Below are positions 48,314-57,513 of a stretch of DNA of 64,000 nucleotides, piece after piece. A program made the position numbers and the translations under genes. The stretch covers positions 78,423-142,422 of the forward strand of contig JABCTC010000002.1 of assembly GCA_018238545.1 (NCBI GenBank). The letters are read 5' to 3'. Below the pieces are notes generated by a model. The model worked only from the letters and a program-made list of their open reading frames with translations. It did not search any database and was not told the DNA's origin. Each line of letters starts with the position of its first letter. The first letter of the stretch is position 1. The DNA is from Candidatus Heimdallarchaeota archaeon. GTDB taxonomy: Archaea; Asgardarchaeota; Heimdallarchaeia; Heimdallarchaeales; Heimdallarchaeaceae.

Positions 48314-49639
48314 ATGGTTTCTATAAAGTATGAAAATATAGGCGTTGCATATGGTGATTTTATAGTTGTACAGAACTTCAATCTTGATATCCCACATGGA
48401 ACAATTACAACCCTCCTTGGTCCATCAGGATGTGGAAAAACAACCGTTCTGCGAGCTTTAGCAGGATTTGTGGAACCCTTTGAAGGTAATGTGTTTATAG
48501 GTGATAATAATGTTACACTTCTACCTCCTCAGAAGCGAAATACAGCAATGATATTCCAAAATTATGCTTTATGGCCACATCTTACAATTTTCAAGAATGT
48601 TGAGTATGGTTTAAAGCTAAGAGAAAGTGATGAGTTAGCTGCGTTGAAAAGCCCATGGTATAGTAGATTTCTATGGGTTATAAAACCATATTACTTCTTC
48701 TTAGGCAAAACTCATAGTAAAGCATTAGAATATCTAAAAGAAGCCAAAGAAGAATATTGTTCAGAAAAGAAAGGAATATTACAACTATCAACTTGGTATC
48801 TCTTTATTGGATTCAGATGGTTAAAAGCTATATCAAAAGGAATTGATCATTATCACCGAGAGAAAAAAGAACAAGTTGATCCAAAATGGGCTTATAGAAG
48901 AGAGAAGGTATTCGAAGCATTGAGATTAGTTCATTTAGAAGATCAAGCATTCAAAAATCCAACACAGCTAAGTGGAGGCCAACAGCAAAGAATTGCGCTG
49001 AGTAGGTCTCTAGTAGTCGAACCAGATGTTTTATTATGCGATGAACCCTTGTCGAATCTCGACGCAAAACTCCGTAAAGAGCTTCGTACCGAGATTCGTT
49101 CTATTATCAAAAGTCTCGGTATGACCACTGTTTATGTTACTCACGACCAAACTGAAGCCCTCGCCATCAGTGACCGTATTGCTGTCTTCAATATTGGTTT
49201 TATCGAACAATATGGCACTCCTACCGAAGTTTTCACTGACCCTCATACTCTCTTTGTTGGTCAATTTATTGGTATTTCTAGCACTCTTGTTGGCAAAATC
49301 ATCAAACCCAGTTTAGTTGAATTAGTGGGTGGAGAAACAGTAAAACTTCAAGTTAAGACTGATATTCCTGTTGGAGAAGAAGTTTCTCTCGTCATCCGTC
49401 CAGAAAATGTTAGTTTAACTACAAAATCTGATAGTCCCATTGAAATCGAGATTAATACTATTGAATATCTTGGTACTGAAGTTAAGATGACAGGAAAACT
49501 AAAAGATGATACTATACTCCTTCTCGATGTTGCTGAACGTGCTCATGAATATGCTCAAATGAAAGTAGGGACAAAAATTACAGCTTACATCAACACGGCA
49601 GAAACGTTTGTTTTTGTTGGGGCAGATAGAGTATACTAG
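48314..49639 (+). CDS. PotA/MalK-type ABC ATPase with ~80-aa aromatic insertion and C-terminal TOBE-like domain
   Basis: GPSGCGKT, FQNYALWPH, LSGGQQQR, DEPLSNLD, YVTHDQ. Confidence 0.9.
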   Translation: MVSIKYENIGVAYGDFIVVQNFNLDIPHGTITTLLGPSGCGKTTVLRALAGFVEPFEGNVFIGDNNVTLLPPQKRNTAMIFQNYALWPHLTIFKNVEYGLKLRESDELAALKSPWYSRFLWVIKPYYFFLGKTHSKALEYLKEAKEEYCSEKKGILQLSTWYLFIGFRWLKAISKGIDHYHREKKEQVDPKWAYRREKVFEALRLVHLEDQAFKNPTQLSGGQQQRIALSRSLVVEPDVLLCDEPLSNLDAKLRKELRTEIRSIIKSLGMTTVYVTHDQTEALAISDRIAVFNIGFIEQYGTPTEVFTDPHTLFVGQFIGISSTLVGKIIKPSLVELVGGETVKLQVKTDIPVGEEVSLVIRPENVSLTTKSDSPIEIEINTIEYLGTEVKMTGKLKDDTILLLDVAERAHEYAQMKVGTKITAYINTAETFVFVGADRVY

Positions 49640-49688
49640 TTAGGATAGAATCTTTATATATGAAGATTTTATTTTTTTCTCGATAACT

Positions 49689-50369
49689 ATGTACGAATAC
49701 AAAGGAATCATTATTCATTGGTTAGGACATGATGCTTTCTGGTTAGAAGCAAAAGGTTTGAACATCTACATCGACCCCTATAAATTGGGGAAATCTTCAC
49801 TTCCAAAAGCTGACATTCTAATTACAACTCATGACCATTATGACCATCTCAATGTTGAAGCTATCAATATAATTTCAAATGAAGGTACTGTTTTAATTGG
49901 TCCAAAGATCTGTCAAGATAAACTTACTGATGAAATAAGTAATAAAAAAGAAGTTTTAGAACTTAATCCTGGTGGTACAGTTAAGGTTTCTGGTATCAAA
50001 ATATCAGCTATTCCTGCTTATAATTTCCATCGATTCCGTGATCCTCAAACAAAAACACCTTTTCATCCAAAGGAAGAAGGTCATATCGGTCCTATTATAG
50101 ATATAGATGGAATTATCATTTACCATGCTGGAGATACAGATAAGATTGTTGAAATGGAGAATTTGAAACCTCATATTGCTTTAATTCCTATTTCAGGCAC
50201 ATATGTTATGGATGTTCCTGAGGCCGTTGAAGCTGCAAAAGAAATACAAGCTCAAGTGACTATACCCATGCATATTGGTAGAGGAATTGGTGAACTTTCG
50301 TTTATTGAAGATTTTAAGCAACTGCTTCCTGAGATGGAAATTGCTGTGCTAGATTTAGAAGAGGATTGA
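49689..50369 (+). CDS. Metallo-beta-lactamase-fold hydrolase
   Basis: WLGH, IDPY, THDHYDH, HAGDT, IPMH. Confidence 0.9.
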   Translation: MYEYKGIIIHWLGHDAFWLEAKGLNIYIDPYKLGKSSLPKADILITTHDHYDHLNVEAINIISNEGTVLIGPKICQDKLTDEISNKKEVLELNPGGTVKVSGIKISAIPAYNFHRFRDPQTKTPFHPKEEGHIGPIIDIDGIIIYHAGDTDKIVEMENLKPHIALIPISGTYVMDVPEAVEAAKEIQAQVTIPMHIGRGIGELSFIEDFKQLLPEMEIAVLDLEED

Positions 50370-50374
50370 GAGAT

Positions 50375-51517
50375 TTATTCTTTCTTCTCTTCATTTTTCT
50401 CTTCTTTTTCCTCATATTCCCAAGGCATGATAACTCCTAAATCATTCTTGATTAGGAAAACACCTATTTCCTCATTAGGATAGCACTTAACATCATCCCA
50501 AACAGCTAGAAGTGCTCCTCTTTCTGGAGCCGTGATTGTATCTTTTACTTTTCCAAATACATCTCTGATTTCAATAATTGGTTGATTTTTCTCTACTATT
50601 TCACCTATGTTTACCACTGTAACAAAGAAACCAGAGTGTTTAGATCTAATAGTTATTTCACGCCATATCTCCTCATCGAGAACTCTAACGTTGTTGATTT
50701 TTTCAATATCTCCCTCTAACATTTTAGCCCATTTGAGCGAGTTATAAACACCAATTTTTGCGGCTTTTATAATGTTGGTATCAACAATCAATGCTCCTCC
50801 TAATTCAACTGTAAAACCTGGCTTTCTTAGTTTGTTAACAAAGCTTCCCGTTGTAGAACGATGCAATTTATTGCCAAGATAAGACTTTGGTGGGCTTTCA
50901 AGTACCATAGTCAACCCAAAACTCTCTACAAAAGGTTTCATTTCATCATAAACTTCTTGTGCAACAATCTCATCTCCTTCTTTTTTCTCGTCGTAATAGA
51001 TTCGATCAATATAGGAATATGGAACAGATTGAATGGCATGACAATGTAAGTCGATATAATAATCAACCTCAGTAAATATTTCATATAATTTTGTGTAAAA
51101 GACCTCTTGAACATTGGGGAAGTTGTCTTCATCTAGATTTTCAGCATAGGGATCTTGATATTTGAGTTTAGGTTTGTCCTTTGGTTTTGGATCTGGCCAC
51201 AATCTATTCGGATCCTTTTTAGCATAGAAAGGTGTTCTTGTTTGTGTAAGTAATCCTCCAGGATTGAGTGTTGGAAAAATGATTATCGTTCCTTTGATTT
51301 TACTTGGATCTAGTTCTTGAATGACCTCTTGTAAAGTTACTAGTCCATGAAGCTCATCACCATGAATATTGCCACTTAAAAGAAATTTTGGGCCATCTTC
51401 TAACCCCTCGATTAGTGCTACAGGTAGTTTCTCTATTGTTCCATGGGGATATTCAAACATGTCAATATAGCCAAAAACCTTCTCTCCAGGTTTACTTTCT
51501 AGATTGAAAACTTTCAT
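50375..51517 (-). CDS. AstE/AspA family M14 metallohydrolase
   Basis: IHGDE, DPNRLWP, IDLHC, TVELG, C-terminal barrel-sandwich; likely start ATG 51517. Confidence 0.88.
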   Translation of the reverse strand: MKVFNLESKPGEKVFGYIDMFEYPHGTIEKLPVALIEGLEDGPKFLLSGNIHGDELHGLVTLQEVIQELDPSKIKGTIIIFPTLNPGGLLTQTRTPFYAKKDPNRLWPDPKPKDKPKLKYQDPYAENLDEDNFPNVQEVFYTKLYEIFTEVDYYIDLHCHAIQSVPYSYIDRIYYDEKKEGDEIVAQEVYDEMKPFVESFGLTMVLESPPKSYLGNKLHRSTTGSFVNKLRKPGFTVELGGALIVDTNIIKAAKIGVYNSLKWAKMLEGDIEKINNVRVLDEEIWREITIRSKHSGFFVTVVNIGEIVEKNQPIIEIRDVFGKVKDTITAPERGALLAVWDDVKCYPNEEIGVFLIKNDLGVIMPWEYEEKEEKNEEKKE

Positions 51518-51697
51518 TTTAATCAAAGAAATTTTCAAATCATTGTATATAGGTTTTGCTCTTTCGAAAAGCACATGAAGATTAAGGCATCGTAAACGAA
51601 CGTACCACCTTGTGAAACCTTAACATCAGTGAAAATTGCGTTTGTGTTTCAGAGTATATTTTAAATATAACTTGTCTTTTCTAAATGTTAGATTTGT

Positions 51698-53131
51698 ATG
51701 GATACTGTACAGGATGTTACGGAAATCGAGGCTAAAAAAACAAGCATGAAGAATGTTTTGTTATGGTCTAGTTATGATGCTGCTGATACTCTATTTAGTC
51801 AAGCTATTCTAAGTATTGCTTTTCAACCTTATATCCTTATATTAGCTTATCAGATGGGTGTGACAGATTATGGTACTGCATTTATGATGATGTCAATTTT
51901 CATGGCTGTTTCAAATTTGCTTGCTGCTTTATTAGGTCCCATAATAGGTGCACTAAGTGATACTATTGGCAAAAGAAAACCTGCTGTTTTAATGTCTGCA
52001 TCTTTGATGATTACTGCGACATTAGCTTTCATGGCATGGAGTAATTTCTGGTGGGCAATAGTGTGCTTTGTATTTGCAAATGTGGGATATCAATCTGGAA
52101 GACTTTTCTTTGATTCGATGATCCCATTCATCTCAAAAACTGATGAGCGAGGTAAAACCTCAGGAATTTCTGGAGCTTTGAGTTTCATAGGAACCTTCGT
52201 AGCAATCGGTTTAGGTATGCTTGCATGGACCTTATGGGGTGAATATTTAGAACCTAACATATTGTTCGCTGGTGGTTCGACTGTAGAAAATCCTTTTGGA
52301 GGGTTAGTCTGGTTATTTGGCATAACTGCTGCTGCAATTGTGCTTTTTTCAATTCCTTTCTTATTCAGTAAAGAACGAGAAGGAGAAAACAAAAATAACT
52401 TCAAAACAAATTTCAGATTAGCGTTAAGCAGTTTAAAATTTACTTTGAAAGAAATAAGACGATATAGAAATGCTTGGTTATTCATTCTTGGATGGTTTTT
52501 GGTTACTGATGCTGCCAATACAGCGATACTCTATATGCAATTAGTTATTGTAGATGGAGCAGGAGCAACACCAACAGAAGCTTTAATGGTTATTGCAATG
52601 GGTGGGTTACTATCGATGGTAGGGGCAATTGTTGTAGGTCTTTTACTAGATAAATTTGGGCCAAAGAAGAATTTCTTGATTAATATTATTTCATGGTTTA
52701 TTGCTGTCACACTAGTGATCCTAACTGTTGTGGAAATTAACGGACAACGTATACTTCCATGGCAGGTAATGTTCGGTGGAGCATTCTTTGTTGGTCTTGG
52801 ATTTGGAGGTTTGTGGATTATAGGCCGGCAGTTTGTATTTGAAATAGCACCGCCAAATAAAGTGACACAATATCAAGGCATAAAACAAATTGCAGGAAGA
52901 GTAAGTGCAATTCTAAGTCCACTTTTATTTTTAGCAATTTTTGGTGCTGCTGGAAATTGGGGATTGAGTATTTCAAACAGATATGCTCTCGCTCTTCTAC
53001 CTCTTTTACTTCTGTTTATCATTGGGTTTATTGTGATGTGGCAATATGTAGATGTTCATCCTGAATATTTGGCTGGAGAACGAGCACCTTACAAGAAATT
53101 CTCAGAGCGTTCCGACAAGAAGAAGGATTAG
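51698..53131 (+). CDS. MFS transporter, UMF1/Atg22-like
   Basis: WSSYDAA, GPIIGALSD..GKRK, RGKTSG, DKFGPK. Confidence 0.88.
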   Translation: MDTVQDVTEIEAKKTSMKNVLLWSSYDAADTLFSQAILSIAFQPYILILAYQMGVTDYGTAFMMMSIFMAVSNLLAALLGPIIGALSDTIGKRKPAVLMSASLMITATLAFMAWSNFWWAIVCFVFANVGYQSGRLFFDSMIPFISKTDERGKTSGISGALSFIGTFVAIGLGMLAWTLWGEYLEPNILFAGGSTVENPFGGLVWLFGITAAAIVLFSIPFLFSKEREGENKNNFKTNFRLALSSLKFTLKEIRRYRNAWLFILGWFLVTDAANTAILYMQLVIVDGAGATPTEALMVIAMGGLLSMVGAIVVGLLLDKFGPKKNFLINIISWFIAVTLVILTVVEINGQRILPWQVMFGGAFFVGLGFGGLWIIGRQFVFEIAPPNKVTQYQGIKQIAGRVSAILSPLLFLAIFGAAGNWGLSISNRYALALLPLLLLFIIGFIVMWQYVDVHPEYLAGERAPYKKFSERSDKKKD

Positions 53132-53162
53132 AAGTATTTCTTAATCCTCTCTCTTAATTTTT

Positions 53163-54443
53163 TTAAACAAATTCTTTGATAATAGGATGAGTTGTTACTG
53201 ATTCTATCCATTCAATTTTTACTATTGACTTCTCTAATAGACTCAGGGTTTTGCCTATATTTCTCATTTTAATATTAATGAGAAGGTCATATATTCCTGT
53301 TATGTGTGAAAAGTTTTCAACACCTTTCATGTTTATTAGCTCACTGGGAATGATTTCAATTCCTTGTTTAACCTTAGCTAAAAGGATACACTTCGTTTCT
53401 GATAATGCTAAAGCAATAACACCTATAAGAATTAGAATTGAACCAGAAATTTTTAATGTGACACTTAGAGGGTCACTGAATCCACTCCCAAGAAGTTCAG
53501 GTACCCATAAACCCGCAATTAACACAACTGGAAAAGTAAATACGACACTTATGCTTCGTAAAGCCCTCACAATAGACATTTTACCCATTGTTAAGGCTCT
53601 TGAATAAAGGACTATGGATGCGAATGTGATAACAACAGAAAATACTGTAGGAAGCATCGCAGCTTCCCAGTTTGTAACAAAGTCCACAAATCCACCATTA
53701 ATTAAAGATGGAATAACAGCTAGGCTCTGTGCAAAAGTCATGACTAGAAGGGTCCATAATCTTAAATTGATGGAATCAAACACTTTACCATTTTTGTCCT
53801 TTGTAGTAAGAGCTTTCTTTTGGAAGTAAATGTAAAACGATGCAAATATTGCAAAAGGTCCAATAACCAGCAATATATCGAGTAGAATCCCGGAATTATC
53901 TGTGCCGGTACTACCCCCTGTTAGTGATGCAACTATTACACCAATAGCAATCATAGCGATTGACTGTATTTCAGCCATTGCAGGTTTTTCTTTGTCTGTT
54001 ATAAACTCACCAATTAACAAATAAATTAATACGAATTGACCAAAAGGCATAATCACTGAAGATCCTTTTCTATTCAGAAGAATAAAATAAAATATGGTGG
54101 TTCCTGAAGAAAACAACCCAGCAAGAAGCGTGTATAGACCGATTTTTCCTCTGGGAAAACGGAATCTAGAGAAATTTTTATCGATAAAGTAACCTAAATT
54201 ATATCCTCTCTCATTTTCGCTTTTTCGCTTCACAGGTAAATGTAGTAATAGAATTATAGCAACGGTTATGATAAAACCTACAACAGCTTGAAAAGCTCCC
54301 AGAATGTAAGGATCAGTTAGATATTTCAAGCTGATAATGTCATCTAACACAACAAATATGCTCATTAGAATCCCACTTGACAAACCAAGCAGATAAAAAG
54401 TACTCTTTCTTCTAAATTTGCTTACTGATCTCGTTTCTGGCAA
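53163..54443 (-). CDS. EamA/DMT-type transporter fused to C-terminal AsnC/RAM domain
   Basis: About 10 TM in two repeats; C-terminal LAKVKQG..MKGV..ITGIYDLLI..IEWIESVTT. Confidence 0.75.
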   Translation of the reverse strand: MPETRSVSKFRRKSTFYLLGLSSGILMSIFVVLDDIISLKYLTDPYILGAFQAVVGFIITVAIILLLHLPVKRKSENERGYNLGYFIDKNFSRFRFPRGKIGLYTLLAGLFSSGTTIFYFILLNRKGSSVIMPFGQFVLIYLLIGEFITDKEKPAMAEIQSIAMIAIGVIVASLTGGSTGTDNSGILLDILLVIGPFAIFASFYIYFQKKALTTKDKNGKVFDSINLRLWTLLVMTFAQSLAVIPSLINGGFVDFVTNWEAAMLPTVFSVVITFASIVLYSRALTMGKMSIVRALRSISVVFTFPVVLIAGLWVPELLGSGFSDPLSVTLKISGSILILIGVIALALSETKCILLAKVKQGIEIIPSELINMKGVENFSHITGIYDLLINIKMRNIGKTLSLLEKSIVKIEWIESVTTHPIIKEFV

Positions 54444-54453
54444 TTTAATCTAA

Positions 54454-54702
54454 TCATCCATTAATTTCTTCTTTTTCTATTACAGCTGTTTGAGTATCAA
54501 TAATGCCATCTATCATGTGAATTATTTCTGTTGAGATGCGATATTTTTCTTTAAGATCTTTTGTTGTAATCCTTGCTATAATATCATATTTTCCTGTAAC
54601 TACAGCAACACGTATGATTTCCGGTATTTTCCTTAATTCATTGACAACGTGAGAGGTTTTACCTAACTCTACTGTAAAGAATATATATGCTGAAATGGAC
54701 AT
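54454..54702 (-). CDS. Stand-alone Lrp/AsnC ligand-binding (RAM) domain
   Basis: AYIFFTVELGK..V..EL.KIPEI..VTGKYDII..IDGI.DTQT. Confidence 0.92.
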   Translation of the reverse strand: MSISAYIFFTVELGKTSHVVNELRKIPEIIRVAVVTGKYDIIARITTKDLKEKYRISTEIIHMIDGIIDTQTAVIEKEEING

Positions 54703-54856
54703 GAAATCATGTTATACACATATTAAAATAAACTTTCTACTGCTGTGAAAATTTACTTATAGATTCTTTTGAACTACTAGATGAAATACTTTGGAAAATA
54801 TGCAAATTTTTTTTAAGTCCAATGTTATTGTTATTCTATCTTTGTAGTGAATTGAC

Positions 54857-55774
54857 ATGCCAACTAATCTCCATCCCGAAGACAAACTTCGAAAAAAGAT
54901 GCAAGAGTCTTATGAAGAAGAAGAAGAGGATGTAGACTTGATTTTAGGGCAGAAAGACTACACAGAAGCAGATGTTAAAGAGTTACAAGTACGTAACAAA
55001 ATTCTCCTTGAGGCTTTAAGAAAGGTTAAACTGCTTGTGGAAAGACTATTGATACAAAACAGAGAGCTAAAAAGAAGAGTAGGAATTTTGGAAGTTGAGT
55101 TTAATGAACAAACGAAGAAAGGTGTTCAAATGGTATCTGTTGCCAGATATAAAGAAATGCAAAGCAATGCAACAGAACTAGCAAGAAGCCTTCCGAAATT
55201 AATCAAACTCATAAAATTGCTTAATAAAGAAAATAAATTGGTCAAGGATAAATATTCTGCTTTGGAGAATGAATTTGAAGATCTAATTGATGAACGGGAC
55301 GATCTTAAACAAACAATCTTCCAATTAAATGAAACTAATCAAGAACAAGTTATTACAGAATTAACAGAATTGTTTCCCACTGATGCTATTGCTGCAAAAG
55401 TATCAGATGCTATATCTTCCCCTGTGGAAGCAGCGATTGTCAACAATAATATAGACCCTGAAGCTAAAACTATAGCTTCAGCTACGAGTGTTTCTGTTCC
55501 AAGTTTTGAAAATCAAGCAAGAACTGATTTAGACCAAGTAGCTGGCTTCAATAATAATCAGGTTTCTATGTTAGTTGATTTGGTCATGGAAATCAAACAC
55601 AAAATTGAAAATCTGAGTGGAACAATGGTTGTTCCTGCTTCTGTTAGAAAAAGAGGAAAAGCAGATCTTAATTTGACCGATGCTATTGCAGAATCTGAAA
55701 TGGCTGATTTGGATGATCCTCCAGATAGACCTGATTTAGAAGAAGTGCTTGATGATATCTTAATCTCTGGTTAG
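54857..55774 (+). CDS. Coiled-coil protein with acidic C-terminal motif
   Basis: Heptad-rich N-terminal half, Ala/Ser linker, ends PPDRPDLEEVLDDILISG. Confidence 0.75.
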   Translation: MPTNLHPEDKLRKKMQESYEEEEEDVDLILGQKDYTEADVKELQVRNKILLEALRKVKLLVERLLIQNRELKRRVGILEVEFNEQTKKGVQMVSVARYKEMQSNATELARSLPKLIKLIKLLNKENKLVKDKYSALENEFEDLIDERDDLKQTIFQLNETNQEQVITELTELFPTDAIAAKVSDAISSPVEAAIVNNNIDPEAKTIASATSVSVPSFENQARTDLDQVAGFNNNQVSMLVDLVMEIKHKIENLSGTMVVPASVRKRGKADLNLTDAIAESEMADLDDPPDRPDLEEVLDDILISG

Positions 55775-55831
55775 TTTTGATTGGTGCAAAAACATAAAAA
55801 CACCTATTTTATTCACACTTTGTGTATAAGT

Positions 55832-56275
55832 ATGACTGATTCTCAGAGATTTGAATATGAACTTAGTATGGTTAAATTGGATGATTACAAGTTTATCGTA
55901 GATTTCAATAAAGATTCAATACCCGATCTTTTTATGGATGAATCTGAAGATATTCCAGGAGGAGAAGGGAAAGGACCTACTGCATCAATGTTGATTGCTG
56001 CTGCTATAGGAAACTGCTTGTCGGCTTCTTTGCAATTCTGCCTTACAAAGAAAAAAAATAAGGTTAATGAGATTAAGACAAAAGTCGTTATTTTTAGAGA
56101 AAGGAATAAAGAAGGATTCTGGAGGATCTCTGAAGCTAATGTCACTATTACTCCAGATATTGAAAAAACAGAAGATAGTTCAGTACAACGATGTATAGAA
56201 ATATTCAGGAAATATTGTATAGTTTCATCTAGTTTAGAGGCAGGAATTAAAATAAATGTAAATATCGAAAAATAG
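55832..56275 (+). CDS. OsmC/Ohr family protein
   Basis: GGEGKGPTA..AAAIGNCL..YCIVSSSL; likely start ATG 55832. Confidence 0.9.
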   Translation: MTDSQRFEYELSMVKLDDYKFIVDFNKDSIPDLFMDESEDIPGGEGKGPTASMLIAAAIGNCLSASLQFCLTKKKNKVNEIKTKVVIFRERNKEGFWRISEANVTITPDIEKTEDSSVQRCIEIFRKYCIVSSSLEAGIKINVNIEK

Positions 56276-56455
56276 TTCTAAAATAGTTAAAGAGAGTCTC
56301 AGTTCCTAATTTATCGCATTACTTGCTTAACGTAGTGCATGTTCGTCATAGACTCTCAAATTACATTCAGCTAGGGGTGTAATATGCATTTTGATTAAAA
56401 CTATATTGCTGTCTAGAGACAAAGATTATATAATAATACAGAAATAATACGTCTG

Positions 56456-57454
56456 GTGTTACCGATTCCGCGAACAAAAAGCCAAACAAGATCTTCAAAC
56501 GTATATACTATAAATGTTCCAGAGAATTTCAAGAGTGCTGTTCTAAAACAATCTAGAACTTTTGGAGGGGCAAGTGAAATTATTACACTTTCTTTGGATG
56601 ATTTAGCTATTAGATTCCGACAAATGAAGAGCAAAATGGATATTGTTACGGAGTTGAATGATTATATCAAGTTAGAAATTTTACTGATGAGACGATATGA
56701 AGAAGAATCTAAAGCCAAAAAAGATTCGAAACTGTCTTTTAGGATTAAGAATCATATGAGTGTTGAAAGCCTTAACATAATTAAAAAGAAAACAGGCTGG
56801 TCAACATCTAAATCTGTCAGAGTAGCTCTTCTTTGGTATTTGTATACCAATTTTGATGAATTTGTTGCATCTGAGAGTTTTATTCCTCTTTTAAGGTGTA
56901 AACATTGTGGTTTTGTAACACACGATCAGCGAGCTTTAGGAGTACACATTCAAACCCTTCATGAAAAAACATGTCCTTATTGTGGGAAACATTACCCTCT
57001 AACAGAATCTCACTTGTGTTCTCAGATGGTAACTGCAGGTGTTGAAGCTGGAGATATTGCCCAAGCACCTTCTCAAACAACTATCGATCAATTCACATCT
57101 ATCCCTCTAGCAGATATAGAGCTGGATGAAACAAAACTATTACAAGAATTAGGAATGAATGATTTGGGAACACTCAAACCGAGTGATAGTCAATCAGGAG
57201 ATGTATCAAAATTAATTCCTGATAAAACTGCATTTGATGAATCAGAACTGCAACTTGAAAGCATAAAGGACGAAATATCTAAAGCTGGTGGAACTCTTGT
57301 TGATTTGCCAGATGGAGACGAATTATCTTCTTCAACAGATGATAAAGAAACTAGGAAAAAGTCTAAAAAGGGTAAAGATGAAACTATAGATAAGCTTCAA
57401 AGCGAAATATCTGAAATATTGGAATCACTGAGAGAAGATGGACTTCTTGAGTGA
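56456..57454 (+). CDS. Tandem RHH plus C2H2/C2HC zinc fingers plus acidic tail; putative transcription factor
   Basis: YTINVP..ASEIITLSL; LSFRI..TGWSTSKSVRVAL..YL; CKHC-x12-H-x4-H; CPYC..H.C; D/E/S-rich tail. Confidence 0.7.
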   Translation: MLPIPRTKSQTRSSNVYTINVPENFKSAVLKQSRTFGGASEIITLSLDDLAIRFRQMKSKMDIVTELNDYIKLEILLMRRYEEESKAKKDSKLSFRIKNHMSVESLNIIKKKTGWSTSKSVRVALLWYLYTNFDEFVASESFIPLLRCKHCGFVTHDQRALGVHIQTLHEKTCPYCGKHYPLTESHLCSQMVTAGVEAGDIAQAPSQTTIDQFTSIPLADIELDETKLLQELGMNDLGTLKPSDSQSGDVSKLIPDKTAFDESELQLESIKDEISKAGGTLVDLPDGDELSSSTDDKETRKKSKKGKDETIDKLQSEISEILESLREDGLLE

Positions 57455-57513
57455 TGGACATTATAACAACAATCAAATAAAAGTATGCTAATTGTATATA
57501 TGGAGTAATTTGA

